64,000 bases of DNA from Podarcis erhardii (taxonomy: Eukaryota): assembly GCA_964252035.1 (NCBI GenBank), contig OZ176205.1, one strand, 5' to 3'. Each line of letters starts with the position of its first letter. Within the stretch, counting starts at the first letter, position 1. The translations under genes and the position numbers were made by a program. Of this stretch, positions 12,780 to 25,730 are shown one piece after another. The notes beneath the pieces are model-generated. The model had not been told where the DNA came from. It ran no database searches and saw only the letters and a list, made by a program, of their open reading frames with translations.

Positions 12780-12990
12780 TAAGAGCTGTTCGACAGTGGA
12801 ATTTGCTGCCAAGGAGTGTGGTGGAGTCTCCTTCTTTGGAGGTCTTTAAGCAGAGGCTTGACAACCATATGTCAGGAGTGCTCTGATGGTGTTTCCTGCT
12901 TGGCAGGGGGTTGGACTCGATGGCCCTTGTGGTCTCTTCCAACTCTATGATTCTATGATTCTATGATTCTATGATTCTATGATTCTATGA
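12780..12990 (+). mobile_element. CR1 LINE 3' end with (TTCTATGA)n tail
   Basis: CR1 3' UTR ggggttggactcgatggcccttgtggtctcttccaactc, followed by about six 8-mer repeats at 12944-12990. Confidence 0.9.
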
Positions 12991-13070
12991 ACCTGGGGCC
13001 CTCAAGGTGTTATCTAATTCCCATCATCCCTGACCATCTGATGAAAAGTGGAGTTCAACAACATCTAGAG

Positions 13071-13206
13071 CAGGCATGGCCAGACTCGGCCCTCCAGATG
13101 TTTTGGGACTACAACTCCCATCATCCCTAGCTAACAGGACCAGTGGTCAGGGATAATGGGAATTGTAGTCTCAAAACATCTGGAGGGCCAAGTTTGCCTA
13201 TGCCGG
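13071..13206. mobile_element. hAT MITE nested in an older related MITE
   Basis: Perfect 8-bp TSD atctagag (13063-13070 and 13207-13214). TIRs caggcatgg / ctatgccgg. Internal palindrome. Confidence 0.88.
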
Positions 13207-13269
13207 ATCTAGAGGGCCACGGATTCTCCATCCATTTAATTAATTTAATTAATTAATTTAATTAATTTT

Positions 13270-13379
13270 ATAATGAATGATTTTAGTGTGTTGTTTGTGC
13301 TGTACTTTTGTACTGTTTTATTGTTGTTGTTAGCCACCCTGAGCCCGGCTTCGGCTGGGGAGGGCGGGATATAAATAAA

Positions 13380-13425
<46 letters not shown>
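13270..13425 (+). mobile_element. L2-type 3' end with (TTA)n tail
   Basis: gttagccaccctgagcccggcttcggctggggagggcgggatataaataaa followed by (TTA)n. Confidence 0.7.
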
Positions 13426-13428
<3 letters not shown>

Positions 13429-16400
13429 CTAGCCATAGGAATAGACAGGCATATGCTCTTGCTTCTTGAATTGCTGAGATGAAGATTGGATTTCACAATT
13501 CCCCATCTCTTGTGCCAGTGAATTTGGTTTTTGGCTTTTTCTTTCCCTGGGGAAATTCTGCAATCAGATGCAATTCTGCAGTCAAATTATTTGTTCATAT
13601 ACAGGTTTTATTGATGCAGTTGCTTGTCCAAAGTTAGAGGCTCCCAAACCCGTATGACCAGCCCTATTTATAATGAATAGAATGTTCAGTTTACATATAG
13701 GAAAAAGCACATGTTCAAATTTCTCCTTACCTATGAAGCTCAATGGATAACCTTATGCCTATTTCATGGGGTAGTGGTGGTTCTGACCCTGGGGCCAGAC
13801 CCTCTTACTTTGGGGGAAAAGGCTGTAGATTTGGAGGGATGATTTTTCTAATGGTCAGCCCCCATTGTACATACAAACTAGAACCACCAAAATGATTCTA
13901 CTTCCCCTTCCAAGGTGGTTTCATTGCCCTTGTTGGACTCTGAGGACTCTAGCTCAGAAGCTCTATACAGCAGTTACAAACCTTTATGAATACATGGACC
14001 CCTGTTTTACCACAGGTTTTTTTTCAGACTCCCCACATGCTAATTGTTGTATTTTTAAGCTTCGTTAATGGAGAAAACACCTTAACAACAAAAAACTATT
14101 ATGAACGTAGTAGGGTGTCAACCCAACAAGTTTCAAATGCTGATCTGCACATTCACTTGCTCTCTCTCTATCTCTGTTCCCAAATGACCAATTATGATAT
14201 TGCTGCATGGCAATATTGCTGCATTTCAAAGCAGTGTGAGATTCCAGGGGATCCAGTTGTGTACCCAGGGTTTGGTTTCCTCAGAATGAGGGACAGCGGA
14301 GACTGTGCTGTCCTTATGATATATGGTTTATTTACACATACATCCAACCTGAGCCTACATTGGAGGGGCTCACAACATTAACACCCTAATAAGGTCTTGC
14401 TGCTTCCATAACCACAGCCTTGGATTCCTGCAGAAAATCAGGCATGGCTCTGTCTCCCAGCTGCCCTGCCTGCAATCTATTTCTGGCTTCTAGCTCATGC
14501 ACACAATCTTCAACTCTGGATTTTGTATTTCTAACAGACAGTTGAGGCTACTTTGTTACCTTAAGGGCCCATACTTAGGCTATTACCAAGAAACTACAGT
14601 ATTGCTATTGTTGGACCCATGAATTAGAAGGGATTCAGGCATACCGTCAACCTCCCTCTACCAAAAAAACACCTCATACCGCTATTCACAGGGGCTATCT
14701 TCTACAGGTAGCTACTGTGAATAGTGTTGCGAAGTTTTGTTTTATTTTTGTATGGGTGGGGTATATGGGGTGTTAGGGGAGAAGTAGGGCACATCATGCT
14801 ATCTCTGCTAACCACCATCCAACCTGGAGGCAATGAAGCCAGTGTTTCCCTCAACAAATCATAAGCAAGCAGGTGGAACATCAGATAGTCAGGTCCCAGG
14901 CCATATAATGCTTTATATGGCAAAGTATCCTTAACTATTGTGTGGGACTGTACCTAGAAGCAAACTGATAGCCAGTGCATAAATGTAATCAATGGCGAAA
15001 TATATGCGGTTCAGTGTTGCAGTTAACAGCCCAGCTGTTTTATTTTTTTCCAGTTGGTTACTGAAAAGTCTTCATTGGCAGCCACACAAGTAATTCATTA
15101 TACTAGTCAAGTCTGAATATTAACAGGGCATGGATAACTGTGGCTGAAATGTGCTTCACTAGGAAGCTGGTTATGCATCAACTCATTGGCTGCAGGTCCG
15201 AGTAGCCACACACACCCTAATTTGGTTGTCCATCTGCAAGACTGGAACTAAATACAACCCCACATTGCTCTTTCAGGGGGAAGGCAACATCTTCTAGTGA
15301 TTCGTGGGCCAAGTGCACTTGCAGCACCTCTGCCTTGTCTAGATTGCATGGTTCGCAAGTTCTTCCTGATGTTCCACCTTGTTTTTGTCCCTCTGTGCAA
15401 TTTCAGTGCAGCTGGAAGCAGCAGACAAAGAGTGTAATTTAGTGTAGGAATTATTCTGAAGCAGCTCCATGCCTGTTCTATACAAAAAAAGATGAAGCTG
15501 CACAATCGCAGCTACAGAATCAGTATCCATAGATTTAAAAACACTGGGTTCGTTTTTTAACTACTTAACCTCTTATTGAAACAAAGGTGACATTAATGTT
15601 CCATAATTGTAACAGTGGGATATGTTACACTAGGGAACTATTGTAAAAAAAAAAAAATCAAAAATCAAATCTCATTGCTTAAAGTTAAAACATTTCATGT
15701 TTCCATTTTTTCTGCCATTGTTTTAAAACATTTCCTACTATTTCCAAAGACTGCTATAACCGCAAAGGGTAGTGTTGAGAGTGACCAGATGCGAAAATCT
15801 TCCACCCTTAATAGTTGTGTAGGAGAAGGGATTTCAGCAAGTGCAATTTGTCATGTAAGCTACAACTGCTGAAATTCTTCCTTCTACAAATCTATTAAAG
15901 GTGTTAGAAGAACCATCAAGTTTTCTATCTGGCCACCCTGAGAAAACAGGATAGTGACAAGCACAGGGCATGAGTTAGAAAGAAGAACCTATTGCTTGAG
16001 TTATGAAAGGCTCCAAAATTTGCAATCAGAATATTTAATTCCCTATCGTTCCCTTTACCTGAATGAACCTTGGAGCTGTAGTTTTGTAATTTATTACTTG
16101 AACTATTTTTTAAACAATCTCTACATCAAGTTGAAGTTCTTTAAATTGGACTTGAACATGACAGCCCGTCATTTTGATTGATTTAACAACATCTTGGCTG
16201 TCTCTTACTGCAGACCCAGGTCATCAAGCCTGAGCTCCTACAGCCGCAGCCTGCCATGAACCACCAGTGGCAGGACTGGCAGCGATAGCAGCAGCAATGG
16301 TCTATGCTTATGATGCTATCTTACTCTCGTGCTAATTATACTGCTTTAAATATGCTCTTTATATTTAACTTCCTTTAGTAATGTTTTCTTTTGAAATGTT

Positions 16401-16477
16401 TTAAGATAATATTTTTATTTCTTGCTTTGAATGTATATTTGTCTTTCTTCAGTAATGTTTTATTTTTGATTGTTTTA

Positions 16478-16837
16478 AAGGTAAAGGTAAAGGGACCCCT
16501 GACCATTAGGTCCAGTCGTGACCGGCTCTGGGGTTGCGACGCTCATCTTGCTTTATTGGCCGAGGGAGCCGGCGTACAGCTTCCAGGTCATGTGGCCAGC
16601 ATGTCTAAGCCGCTTCTGGTGAACCAAAGCAGTGCACGGAAATGCCATTTACCTTCCCGCCGGAGCAGTACCTATTTATCTACTTGCACTTTGACATGCT
16701 TTCAAACTGCTAGGTTGGAAGGAGCTGGGACTGAACAATGGGAGCTCACCCTGTCGCGGGGATTCGAACTGCCGACCTTCCGATTGGCAAGTCCTAGGCT
16801 CTGTGGTTTAACCCACAGCACCACTTGCGTCCCTCTC
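16478..16837 (-). mobile_element. Full-length Sauria SINE (Squam1)
   Basis: Reverse of gggacgc...ggggtccctttacctttacct. 12-bp TSD ttgattgtttta (16466-16477 and 16838-16849). Confidence 0.93.
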
Positions 16838-17029
16838 TTGATTGTTTTATTTGATGTTTAAATGTATTGTAAACTGCTTTGAGATTTTTTCCCTTTAAAA
16901 TACAAAGCAGTATGGAAATGAATTAAATAATAATAATATTCTACAATTACTGTTCAATACAGTGTTCCACACTTCCAAACCTAGAAGCAAGGCAAGCTAT
17001 GTATTTGAATAAATAAAAATCTGCCTGCT

Positions 17030-17178
17030 CATGGGTGTAGCTAGGATTTTTGTTGGGGGGGGCAAGACTTTGTTTGGGGGCAGGACCAATGTAATTGGTC
17101 AGTTAGTTAAGTATTTCTATTGTTTTGCTTGATCTGGAGGGGGGGGTTGCCCCTCTGGGTCCCCCAGCTACGCCCATG
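17030..17178. mobile_element. hAT-type MITE
   Basis: 13-bp TIRs catgggtgtagct / agctacgcccatg. 8-bp TSD tgcctgct / tgccttct. Confidence 0.8.
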
Positions 17179-18118
17179 TGCCTTCTTCTTCCTTCAAAAT
17201 GCACCTTTTTGTCCAATGGATTTTGTCGTAGTTGAAAAATACTGAATTACATTTTGACCACTACTTGCAAAGCAAAATGAAAAGTCAGAAGTAGGCACTT
17301 TTTGATGTCAAGGCTGCAGTGCTGGGGATTTGCTCAAAAACTTGTCACATACAAAAGCATGAACTTAGCCTGGTGTTTGTGGGATTATCAAACCCAGTGA
17401 ATGCACCAGTCAACTACAGAGACAAAGAGAAGCCCAGATTTTAAGTGCTACATTTGGCCACAGAGTAGGACAAATAAGAAGGCTATTCTACATGAGAATA
17501 TATAGTTGAAGGTGCAAACACTACACTCAGCTGTGAAATATGTAATGAAAAATCTGCTCCAAAATGCATGATGGAACAAATCCATCTCAATGACCTTGAT
17601 CTCCTAGACAGGAAGGCTTTAATGGCAACAATAACAGCCCTGTGAAAACGAACATGCACTTCATCAGGCCCCCCTCTCTCAGGAATCTGGATTGCTCAGC
17701 TCATTTTTTATATAAGTATTCTGCTCCACATTCAAAAAGTAAGTACCAAACCAAAAAATCACATTAATCACTCATCTACATATAAAATAAGCATCATTTA
17801 TGGAAAAGATTCACTGTCTGTAACCAAGCATTCATTCTTCCCACATCATTTTTAATTTTCTCTCTAAACCAGGCTGGCAAGACTGTTCTTATTCCATTTC
17901 ATTGCTCATCTGGGAAGATTGATTTAGACACCAGAGAAATGCATAGTTCAAAAGTGTAAATTAAAAGTTCAGGAAACCTTGCAACTCTGTTCTTCACCAG
18001 AAGTGTAGCTCTTCTCTGGTCTGTAATTCTTCCTACTTCTGCTAATAAAACACATCCTTGGAACTCATGTGACTTTCTTCAAAACTACATCTTTTTTAGA
18101 GCTCAGTAGTTGATAATT

Positions 18119-18492
18119 TAGGGATGCGGGTGGCGCTGTGGTCTAAACCACTGAGCCTCTTGGGCTTGCCGATCAGAAGGTCGGCGGTTCAAATCCCCCC
18201 GACGGGGTGAGCTCCCGTTCCTCGGTCCCTGCTCCTGCCCGCCTAGCAGTTTGAAAGCACGGCAAAGTACAAATAGATCAATAGGTACCGCTCCGGCGGG
18301 AAGGTAAATGGTGTTTCCATGTGCTGCTCTGGTTTCACCAGAAACAGCTTAGTCATGCTGGCCACATGACCTGGAAAAACTGTCTGCGGACAAACTCCGG
18401 CTCCCTCGGCCTATAAAGCGAGATGAGCGCCGCAACCCCAGAGTCGTCTGCAACTGGACTTAACTGTCAGGAGTCCTTTACCTTTACCTTTT
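18119..18492 (+). mobile_element. Full-length Sauria SINE
   Basis: gggatgcgggtggcgctgtggtctaaacc...(ccttta)n. 12-bp TSD tagttgataatt (18107-18118 and 18493-18504). Confidence 0.93.
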
Positions 18493-18640
18493 TAGTTGAT
18501 AATTCAGTATGCAGGAAACCCCAGTTCAATCCCTGGCACTCGGGGTTTGGGAAGATTCCTGACTAATACCTGGGACAGCTGCTGCCAGGAGGGGCTAGCT
18601 AGGAGGGGCTGCACTGTTTATCTGGCTTCCTAACAGTGAT

Positions 18641-18747
18641 GCTGCGAGCAATGGGAGCTCACCCCATCGTGGGGATTCGAACCGCCAACCTTCCGATCAG
18701 CAGGCCCTAGGCTCAGTGGTTTAGACTACAGCACCACCCACGTTCCT
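18641..18747 (-). mobile_element. Sauria SINE 5' (tRNA-related) fragment
   Basis: gggagctcaccccatcgtggggattcgaaccgccaaccttccgatc matches 16740-16830. Confidence 0.85.
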
Positions 18748-20560
18748 ATTACATTATTTAGGACACCCCAAAAGTTGTTGAGCTTTTTTTTTTTTACAAA
18801 AATGCCAGAAAAAATATGACATGCCAAAGATCCACTGCCTTTCAAATATCCCCCCCCCCCGATGTCAATTCCAACTTAGAAATCCCAGTAATGTCAGGGA
18901 AGATCCAGACCTGTGGCAGCCCTCCATTTTATCCCCTGCCCATGTGTTCTCCCACCCCAGCGGCATTAGTGAAAACAGAGGGAAGTAGCCATAAAGTGAC
19001 CAGGTATAATTACACAGTATTGCTAAAGCACACTGAGGGCCAAACTAGACATGATGTTAAATGTGAGGTGCTCGTTTCTCCCCAAAGGCAAATTGCATCA
19101 GCAGAGGGGTATAATATTTGGGATTGCAGAAGGCAGGGAGGAGTTTTAACTATTTTCTCTGCTGCTGTGGTCCTGAACCCCCCCGCCCTGCCCATTTGAA
19201 GTTGATATTTGCTTTCAGGGGATCCCACTCCCTGCATTGGCACCAATCCCTCTCTGCTGGTGCATATCAGGGAAAATGTATGTTAAATGCAAAGGCATAT
19301 TTAACATCCCATCTAGTTTGGTGCCAGCTGACATTTTCCGTGCATTTTGCATCTCAATTCCAGAATCTATTTCCTAGTTCAGTTCTCATCAGCCTATATA
19401 TGAAGGAAGCTAAAATCACCTTTCACTCTACATTTACATTAAATCTCACCTGTTCCTGCTTCATTCAGTTTGGAGAGCTCCAAAAGGCCTAGTTACAGTG
19501 CTCCATATTCCAATATTATGCACACTTCCTTGCTGGTAAACTGCACTGAACACAGTAGAATTTACTTCCAAATAAATCTGCATAAGCTGAGGCTTCAGAT
19601 TACTATATGAGCATTCCCAGGTTATATTAAACAAGTGTACAGTACAATCAGTGTAGTTGTCTGCAATAGCTGATTCTACATTTGTAGTTATTTAAATGAC
19701 ATGGTTCAACAAATGTAGAGTCTGTGTACCTGTGCCTTCAATAGCTGAGCTGTACAAATCAACAGCTGTTTGCTCTTTCACACAAACAGCTTCTATCTGT
19801 GTTCAGTGTAGCATAGGAACAAGCCTCATGTGAGACTCTGATGCCTGTCTCTCTAGTCTCTGCCTTCCATTTTTTCCCTGCTTCCTTCGGGGTACTGTCA
19901 TCAATACTCTAGTCTGCTGGTCTTAACTACATTTCCTTCTAACTAATCAGAATTCCCAGGGCAACAATTTAATCATTCCCCCACCAGTAACTCCTCTACC
20001 CTCCTTACACATGTGGAAATACAGCTGCTGGTGGCAAATAAAAGACTTTCTGTCTATTGCTTCCCCAGCCCAATTGCTTTAAACTCTTGCTTTCTCTAGA
20101 AATATTTCAAACAAAACGCACCTATATGAATGGATGCATTGTAAATCCACACACTTTCTATGTGCATTTGTACATCTCAAGGCTTGGCAAAGCCCTGATT
20201 ATTCGCTGCTCTGTTAACTCAGTTTAAAAGCTGCCTTAAAGATTAATGAAATTAACACAAGGCTAACGCTTTTGTCAAATATCCCAACGGCAGCAACATC
20301 TTTTGCCAAGTGCTTCAGTAGGATGCTGGAATTTCCAGCATATGAAATTTGCTTTGGTTTCCCTACACAATGAACACAGGCCAGAGTCTAGAATCCAGAG
20401 GGAAGCTAGGAGTGAAATCCAGAAGAGCAAAGAGGTGAATTGATTTGTCTCGCTTCAACTATAATGATCAGATTAAGTATAACCACAGTTTACTCCTTTC
20501 TGAGCTGTTGGAGATAAAACTTTTGTTATTTTGGGGCTAAACTAGACATGAGGAGGAGGA

Positions 20561-20690
20561 AGGGCTACAACTCAGTGGGAGAGTATCTGGTTTGCATGCA
20601 GAGAGTCCCAGGTCTAATCTCCATCATGTCAAGGTACAGTTGGGTGAGTCTTCTTGTCTGAAATCATGGAGAGCTGCTGTCACTCAGGGC
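20561..20690 (+). mobile_element. tRNA-derived SINE (Squam2-like), degraded
   Basis: gggctacaactcagtgggagagtatctggtttgcatgcagagagtcccaggt. Confidence 0.65.
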
Positions 20691-20989
20691 TCAGTCACAC
20701 TCACCTTTTGCCCTGCACTTTCTAGGCACAGGTCTGTGCTTTAAAGCTCTGGGTCGAAGGGATTTTTGTTCTTGTTTTGCCCTGCTGCTTTGTCCAGGAA
20801 AACCGACTCTTTAATGCTGAAGCTACAGTCATGGCTTCCACTGTAATGCAAAGAGCAGAATGCAAAGAGCAGAGACACAGTAACATCCTGATGTAAAACA
20901 CACAAGGTGAAGGAAGCTCTTTGGGGGATTAGATAGTAGGCAGGGTAATGCCAATTTTTAAAATTGGGGGGGGGATCCAGGACTCCAAG

Positions 20990-21640
20990 AGAGTCAGTCA
21001 AATACCAATCCCAGAAAAATTGTTGTCAACATTTTTAAGCCATGCACCAAGGAGGACAAGCCTTGCTAAAGAAGAATCAGATTTCTACAAAGAGAAGTCA
21101 TGCCTCATCAGGCTCTTAGAATCTTGTGAAAATATCTGCAAATGGATAAATACGATCTCATGGATAGTGTATATTTTAGAACTCTCGAGAGATGTTTGAT
21201 AAAGTCCCAAGAATACTTTGCAGTCTGAGCATATGAGCATGGGGCCTTCTTATGGATCAGTAACTGATTTGGGGGAAACATGCACAGTGTGTTAAAACTC
21301 ATGACAGTTTTGACAATGCTAGGAAGTAAACAGTGCCGGGAAGAGTCTGCCATGGATCAGTATAAAGGGCAATGCTATTTAAGATGCATACGTGACCTGG
21401 AATCAGAACTGGACTACACCAAGTTATTCAGGCGAGCAAAGCTCCAAACATATGGAGGAGCTTCAAAATAATAAATGAGTTAACTGAACAGCAGGTGAAG
21501 TTCAATAAATACAAAATGATGCAAATAGAGATTCCTGTGTCAAACACATTCACTAAATTACCACTGTCTGTTCAAGCATATATATGAGTTGGAACCATAA
21601 GCCTCCCCTCTATGACATGAGTACAGACACTATTCCAGGT
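20990..21640 (+). mobile_element. Highly decayed CR1 ORF2 (RT) fragment
   Basis: DFYKEKSCLIRLLES...IVYILELSRDV resembles the CR1 motif GFxKGKSCLTNLLEF...IVYLDFxKAFDK. Later ...DLE...TKLFR resembles the post-YADD region. Confidence 0.6.
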
Positions 21641-21836
21641 CATTACAGGGTAAGGAGGCCTATGCAAATATCTCATATGCAACTTGCCCCTCTGCTTGGA
21701 GCTTGTGTTCCTTGACGCAGGGGAAGGGAAGAGGCCAGATGGTTATATGGCAGGAGCGCACCAGCCTCCAATTCCCTGAGTGGATCAATTGTGTGCCTGC
21801 ATCTGTGCTAGGAAACAAGGCTGTTTTGCTGAATAA

Positions 21837-21964
21837 CAGGGATAGACAACCTCCAGATCTTGTTGGACTACAACTCCCATCATGCCTGACCATGGCCATT
21901 GGATATGGGCCAAGACTCATGGAAGTTCAACAACATCTGTTGGGCCACAGGTTTCTCACCCCTG
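21837..21964. mobile_element. hAT MITE (same family as 13071)
   Basis: caggg...ctccagatcttgttggactacaactcccatcat...caacaacatctg...cccctg. Confidence 0.75.
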
Positions 21965-23099
21965 CTTTACAGAGTTACTTCTGCCCACTGACAAGTCACT
22001 GGCAGTGAACTGGACTGAACCTTATCCGAGTCGTTACAAACCCTTGGGGAGCCAGCAACATTTTGACAGGCTTTTTGTACTCAAGAAAGAGTTACACCAC
22101 TTTGCCAAAAAGGTAAGGTAATAGATTGACATGGTTTAAGCAGGTACACATAATGAGGTTCTTCTCTTTCCTCCATCAGAACAACCCCCCTGTTGTAAAC
22201 TGCTCAATTGTTTTTTCGATTACTTGAAGATGATTTCAGAAAGCCCACAGCTTCTCCTCCCCCACTTGGCCTCAAAAACAAGCTCATATTTAAATGAACA
22301 AATCCATCCTGCAGAGATTAAAACGAACTTTAATATTTCACAGCCTGGTATTTACATCGCATCCGAAGCAGGTATAACATTGTCTGTTACAAAAAAACGT
22401 TTAGATAACAAAGTCAGCAGGTCATACAGTCACAGCATGGAGGCCAGGCCAGTGCCAAGTTGGACAGGTCAAGGCAGAGTTTTGAAGGTGCAGCTGTTTG
22501 CCCATTCTCTCCGGGAGCTCCTGACATCCATCTTGGTTGAGTTGGAGTCAGGTGTTCACTTTGGGTTATACTTAGCAAGGGTAAGCAATCATTCTCAGCC
22601 TCAGCCACCACCCTCCCCCAAGTCAAACCAATGAACCTTCATGATCAAGGTAGACATAATGAGACACAGACATGGAACATGTTCATGGATGCCAATTAGC
22701 TGGGAGCGGATCTCAACATTCCAATAGGAAAGATCAGCAATGACTTGTCTTTAAGAAACCCTAATCTTTCTGTTATATGCCTGTTGTTCTAATTTGCTAT
22801 GAAAAATGCTAAGTAAGATTTGAATAAGCATTTCCACTTTGGGGTTTAGATGTCCTGTGCATCCAGAAACAATGAGAGAACTTCACCAAAGCTATGTCGG
22901 TTCTCTCTGTCTATTGTCTTCTCCTACCCTTTCCTAAAACCTTGTCAAATCCCACTGAATTAAAGTGGATCATCTCCTCCATTTATATCAGCAGAAGCAG
23001 CAATGGCATCATAAGCTGGGAAGTTTAACTTAGTTCTCATAATATTTTCTTGTGAGGAGGTATAAGAGCAATCAATTGGTCCCTGAGAGGGATCTGCAC

Positions 23100-24316
23100 T
23101 CATTACAGTTGCCAAGTACAAGTCTTTATTTAATACTAAATGTAACTAAGCTCTCTCAGTTCTCTGAGTAAAATTTAAGACTGTAGCAGACACAACATAG
23201 CAAAGAGAAGAACACACCTTCCCCCCTCGCAATTTCTAATATTTGCAATAGAATTCTGACAATAACAGTAATTTGTGTGACTTTGAAGGAACAGAAGAGA
23301 TGAGAGTATAAGTAAGCCTGATTAATTACTGAACAGGAGAGGGAAAGACCAGGAGAGAACATTTTTGGTGACTCATGAAAAAGGAAGAGAAAGCATTATG
23401 AATACTTGTTCTCATCTCTTGTGCTTCCAACAAAGTGTAATGAACTTCTGTCTGTACTGTAGATTCTTCCATCCGTCCAGGTACAGAATCTGAAGCTGGT
23501 AACTGGGTAAATGTTGGAGCAACTGCATGGTCTTTCTTGTAGTTCCTCTAGTTTCACAATTTGGTTCCTTGTTTCCAGAACTCGAAGCCTGTCTTCTATG
23601 AAAGCGACAAAAACATGAATTGGGAAGATTTTGTAAAAACACGAATTTTATTTTGAATTGTGAACTTGACACCCACTCGACACCTTGATTCTCTTTAGTG
23701 ATCATCAGAGCCAGCCTACAGAGACAGGAGAATTCAAAGGAAGGAAAATTGCTTTCCCCCACTTTGTAGTTATCAACAGATTCTATGCAACTCCAATATT
23801 TAATTGAGCACTAGGGGAAGAAATACATTCTTCTCTTTTGCAGGTATATCCATGGTATGGAAGGAGAATGTGGAGCAGTTCTTGTAACTGCATTCAAGAC
23901 CCATAATAGTAGACTTAGTAGCAGCTGATGGTTAAATACCTTAGAGGCTGCACTGAATCAGTGGTTGATGCAGTATTTTATCTTCAAAAACAAGGGAAAT
24001 TTCCCAAGTTCTCTGCCCAGACAGGTACGTCACCCCTTTCCTGTAATCCTTGGTGCTGTTCTTCCAGAAGGGAGCAAACTGCAGCACCACTCCCTTGGCA
24101 GGTGTACACGAGGAAGAACAATAAAGTGCCCATGAGAAATAGGCATCCTATACCACAGTTGCATCTTATCCTGTGCCAATGAGGTCCTTCTGTTTCCAGG
24201 TCTTCAGAACGTAGAAGGAATATCTTGCACCTGGAGAAAAGCCACGTTGTGCCATTTCTGCAGTGCCAGCCATGTCAACACAGATGCATATCAGATGAGA
24301 GCAGATCTTCTCAAAT
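23100..24316 (-). other. TAFA3: Probable TAFA3 3' UTR (distal end uncertain)
   Basis: Repeat-poor sequence after the stop codon. Minus-strand AATAAA candidates at 23647-23652 and 23125-23130. The true end cannot be fixed from sequence and may reach about 21970. Confidence 0.45.
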
Positions 24317-24328
24317 CTACCTTGTCAC
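24317..24328 (-). CDS. TAFA3: TAFA3 terminal coding exon (VTR*)
   Basis: Acceptor gcattttcctttattcccag| followed by GTG ACA AGG TAG. This gives the known TAFA3/4 C-terminus KVKTTKVTR*. Confidence 0.88.
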   Translation of the reverse strand: MTR

Positions 24329-24984
24329 CTGGGAATAAAGGAAAATGCATTAGACAGATATCTGGTGATCTAAGGAATTATCTCTGATCCAGAACCTCCT
24401 GTGCATTCCATTGCATGCACAGATTTCTTGCATGAATTGGCTTTCCTTGCAGGTGAAGTTGCTCTGCATTGAAAAAGATGCACTAAGAGTTTGCAGCAAT
24501 AGGGAGGATAAGTCGACCATTCCTATTCAGCATTCAGAAGACGTCTAACAAGATTTTGCAGACCTGTTCCTCATAAGATAACCGATCCCCCAAACGTTTT
24601 CTTTCATTTTGTGGGGAGAAGAAAACATTCCATAGTAGTGAGCTGACTGAAACATGTAATTTTCAGAAGTCAACCATTCTGGAAGCAAACAGAGGGGCGG
24701 GGAGGGAGGAGACAAGCCAAAATGTTTACATAGGAAAATCATATCAAAGTTATTTAAGCAAGCATATGGTTGCATTCTGACATGAATTTCAGTCCACGTG
24801 GGAAGGTTGCGGTACATCAGAATTATTTGATGATGATGATAATTAAATTTGTGTACCGTCCTTCATCCATAGATCTTAAGGCAGTTCACAGCATTAAAAT
24901 ACCAGATAAAACCACAAAATACATAGCCATATTAATATGTTGCACTTCAAGAGAACAACCTTGCCAGATCACTTCATAGGCCCA

Positions 24985-25400
24985 TCTAGGTTAGCATCCT
25001 ATTCTTACAGTGACCAGCCAAGCAGATGCCCGTAGGGAGCCCACAAGCAGGGCATGAGTGGAACAGCACTTGCTCCAGCTGCATTCCCCAGCAACTGGTT
25101 TTCAGAGGCACACCACCTACAACAGTACGCAGCCATCATGACTAGCAGTCACAGAAAGCCTTATCCTCCACAAACCTGTCCGTCTGCTTTGAAAGCGGGT
25201 GCAAAGCGGTAGCAAATTCCAAAGTTTGACCACACGCTGAATCTTCCAACACTGGATCATCCTGAGTTTTAGTAAGAGACGTTGACAGCCTCTTTCTATA
25301 TTTTCTCCATTTCCCCACCTTACTTGTCTTTTCTCAAAATTAAAAACCCCAAACATTGTAACTTATTCTCTTAGGGAGTTACTTCATTCCCTGGATAATT
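24985..25400 (-). mobile_element. CR1 LINE 3' end fragment
   Basis: The minus strand reads FGVFNFEKRQVRW...QRVVKLWNLLP, resembling CR1 ORF2 C-terminal LGLFSLEKRRLRG...QRIVKLWNSLP, followed by a CR1 3' UTR. Confidence 0.75.
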
Positions 25401-25514
25401 TTGTTCAACATTTTCATAGAGATATTCACCAAGAACCTAATATTTCTTTTGTGATCAATCACAGCCAATTCAGGCCCTATAAGTATGTATGTGAAGTTAA
25501 GACCCAACAGAGTA

Positions 25515-25730
25515 CTGTGGTATCAGCATGATTATGTGGTTGGAGAACTGGACTAGAACCAGGAAGGTCCAAGTTCAAACTCTCTCTTAGACACGAAGAT
25601 CACTGGGTGACTTTGGACCAGTTACCATCTCTCAGCCTCATTTACCTCACAGGGTTGTTGTGATGAAAAAAGGAGGCGAGAACCATGTAGAGTGCCTGCA
25701 GCTTCTTGGAGGAAGGGCAGGAAAACAACT
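25515..25730 (+). mobile_element. MIR/Ther1-derived SINE (Squam3-like)
   Basis: agttcaaac...cactgggtgactttggaccagttaccatctctcagcctcatttacctcacagggttgttgtg (core-SINE sequence). Confidence 0.7.

Noticed and set aside
12944-12990. Regular 8-bp repeats as a possible CRISPR or minisatellite system
   Set aside because: No spacers. This is the standard CR1 3' tail in eukaryotic DNA.
16391-16861. 156-aa ORF
   Set aside because: It reads through a reversed Sauria SINE. The same peptide recurs at 58701-58904.
23412-23762. Minus-strand exon-like segment with a good acceptor and two open frames
   Set aside because: It lies after the TAFA3 stop, I found no upstream donor in the UTR, and it has no recognisable protein similarity. 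Treated as 3' UTR.
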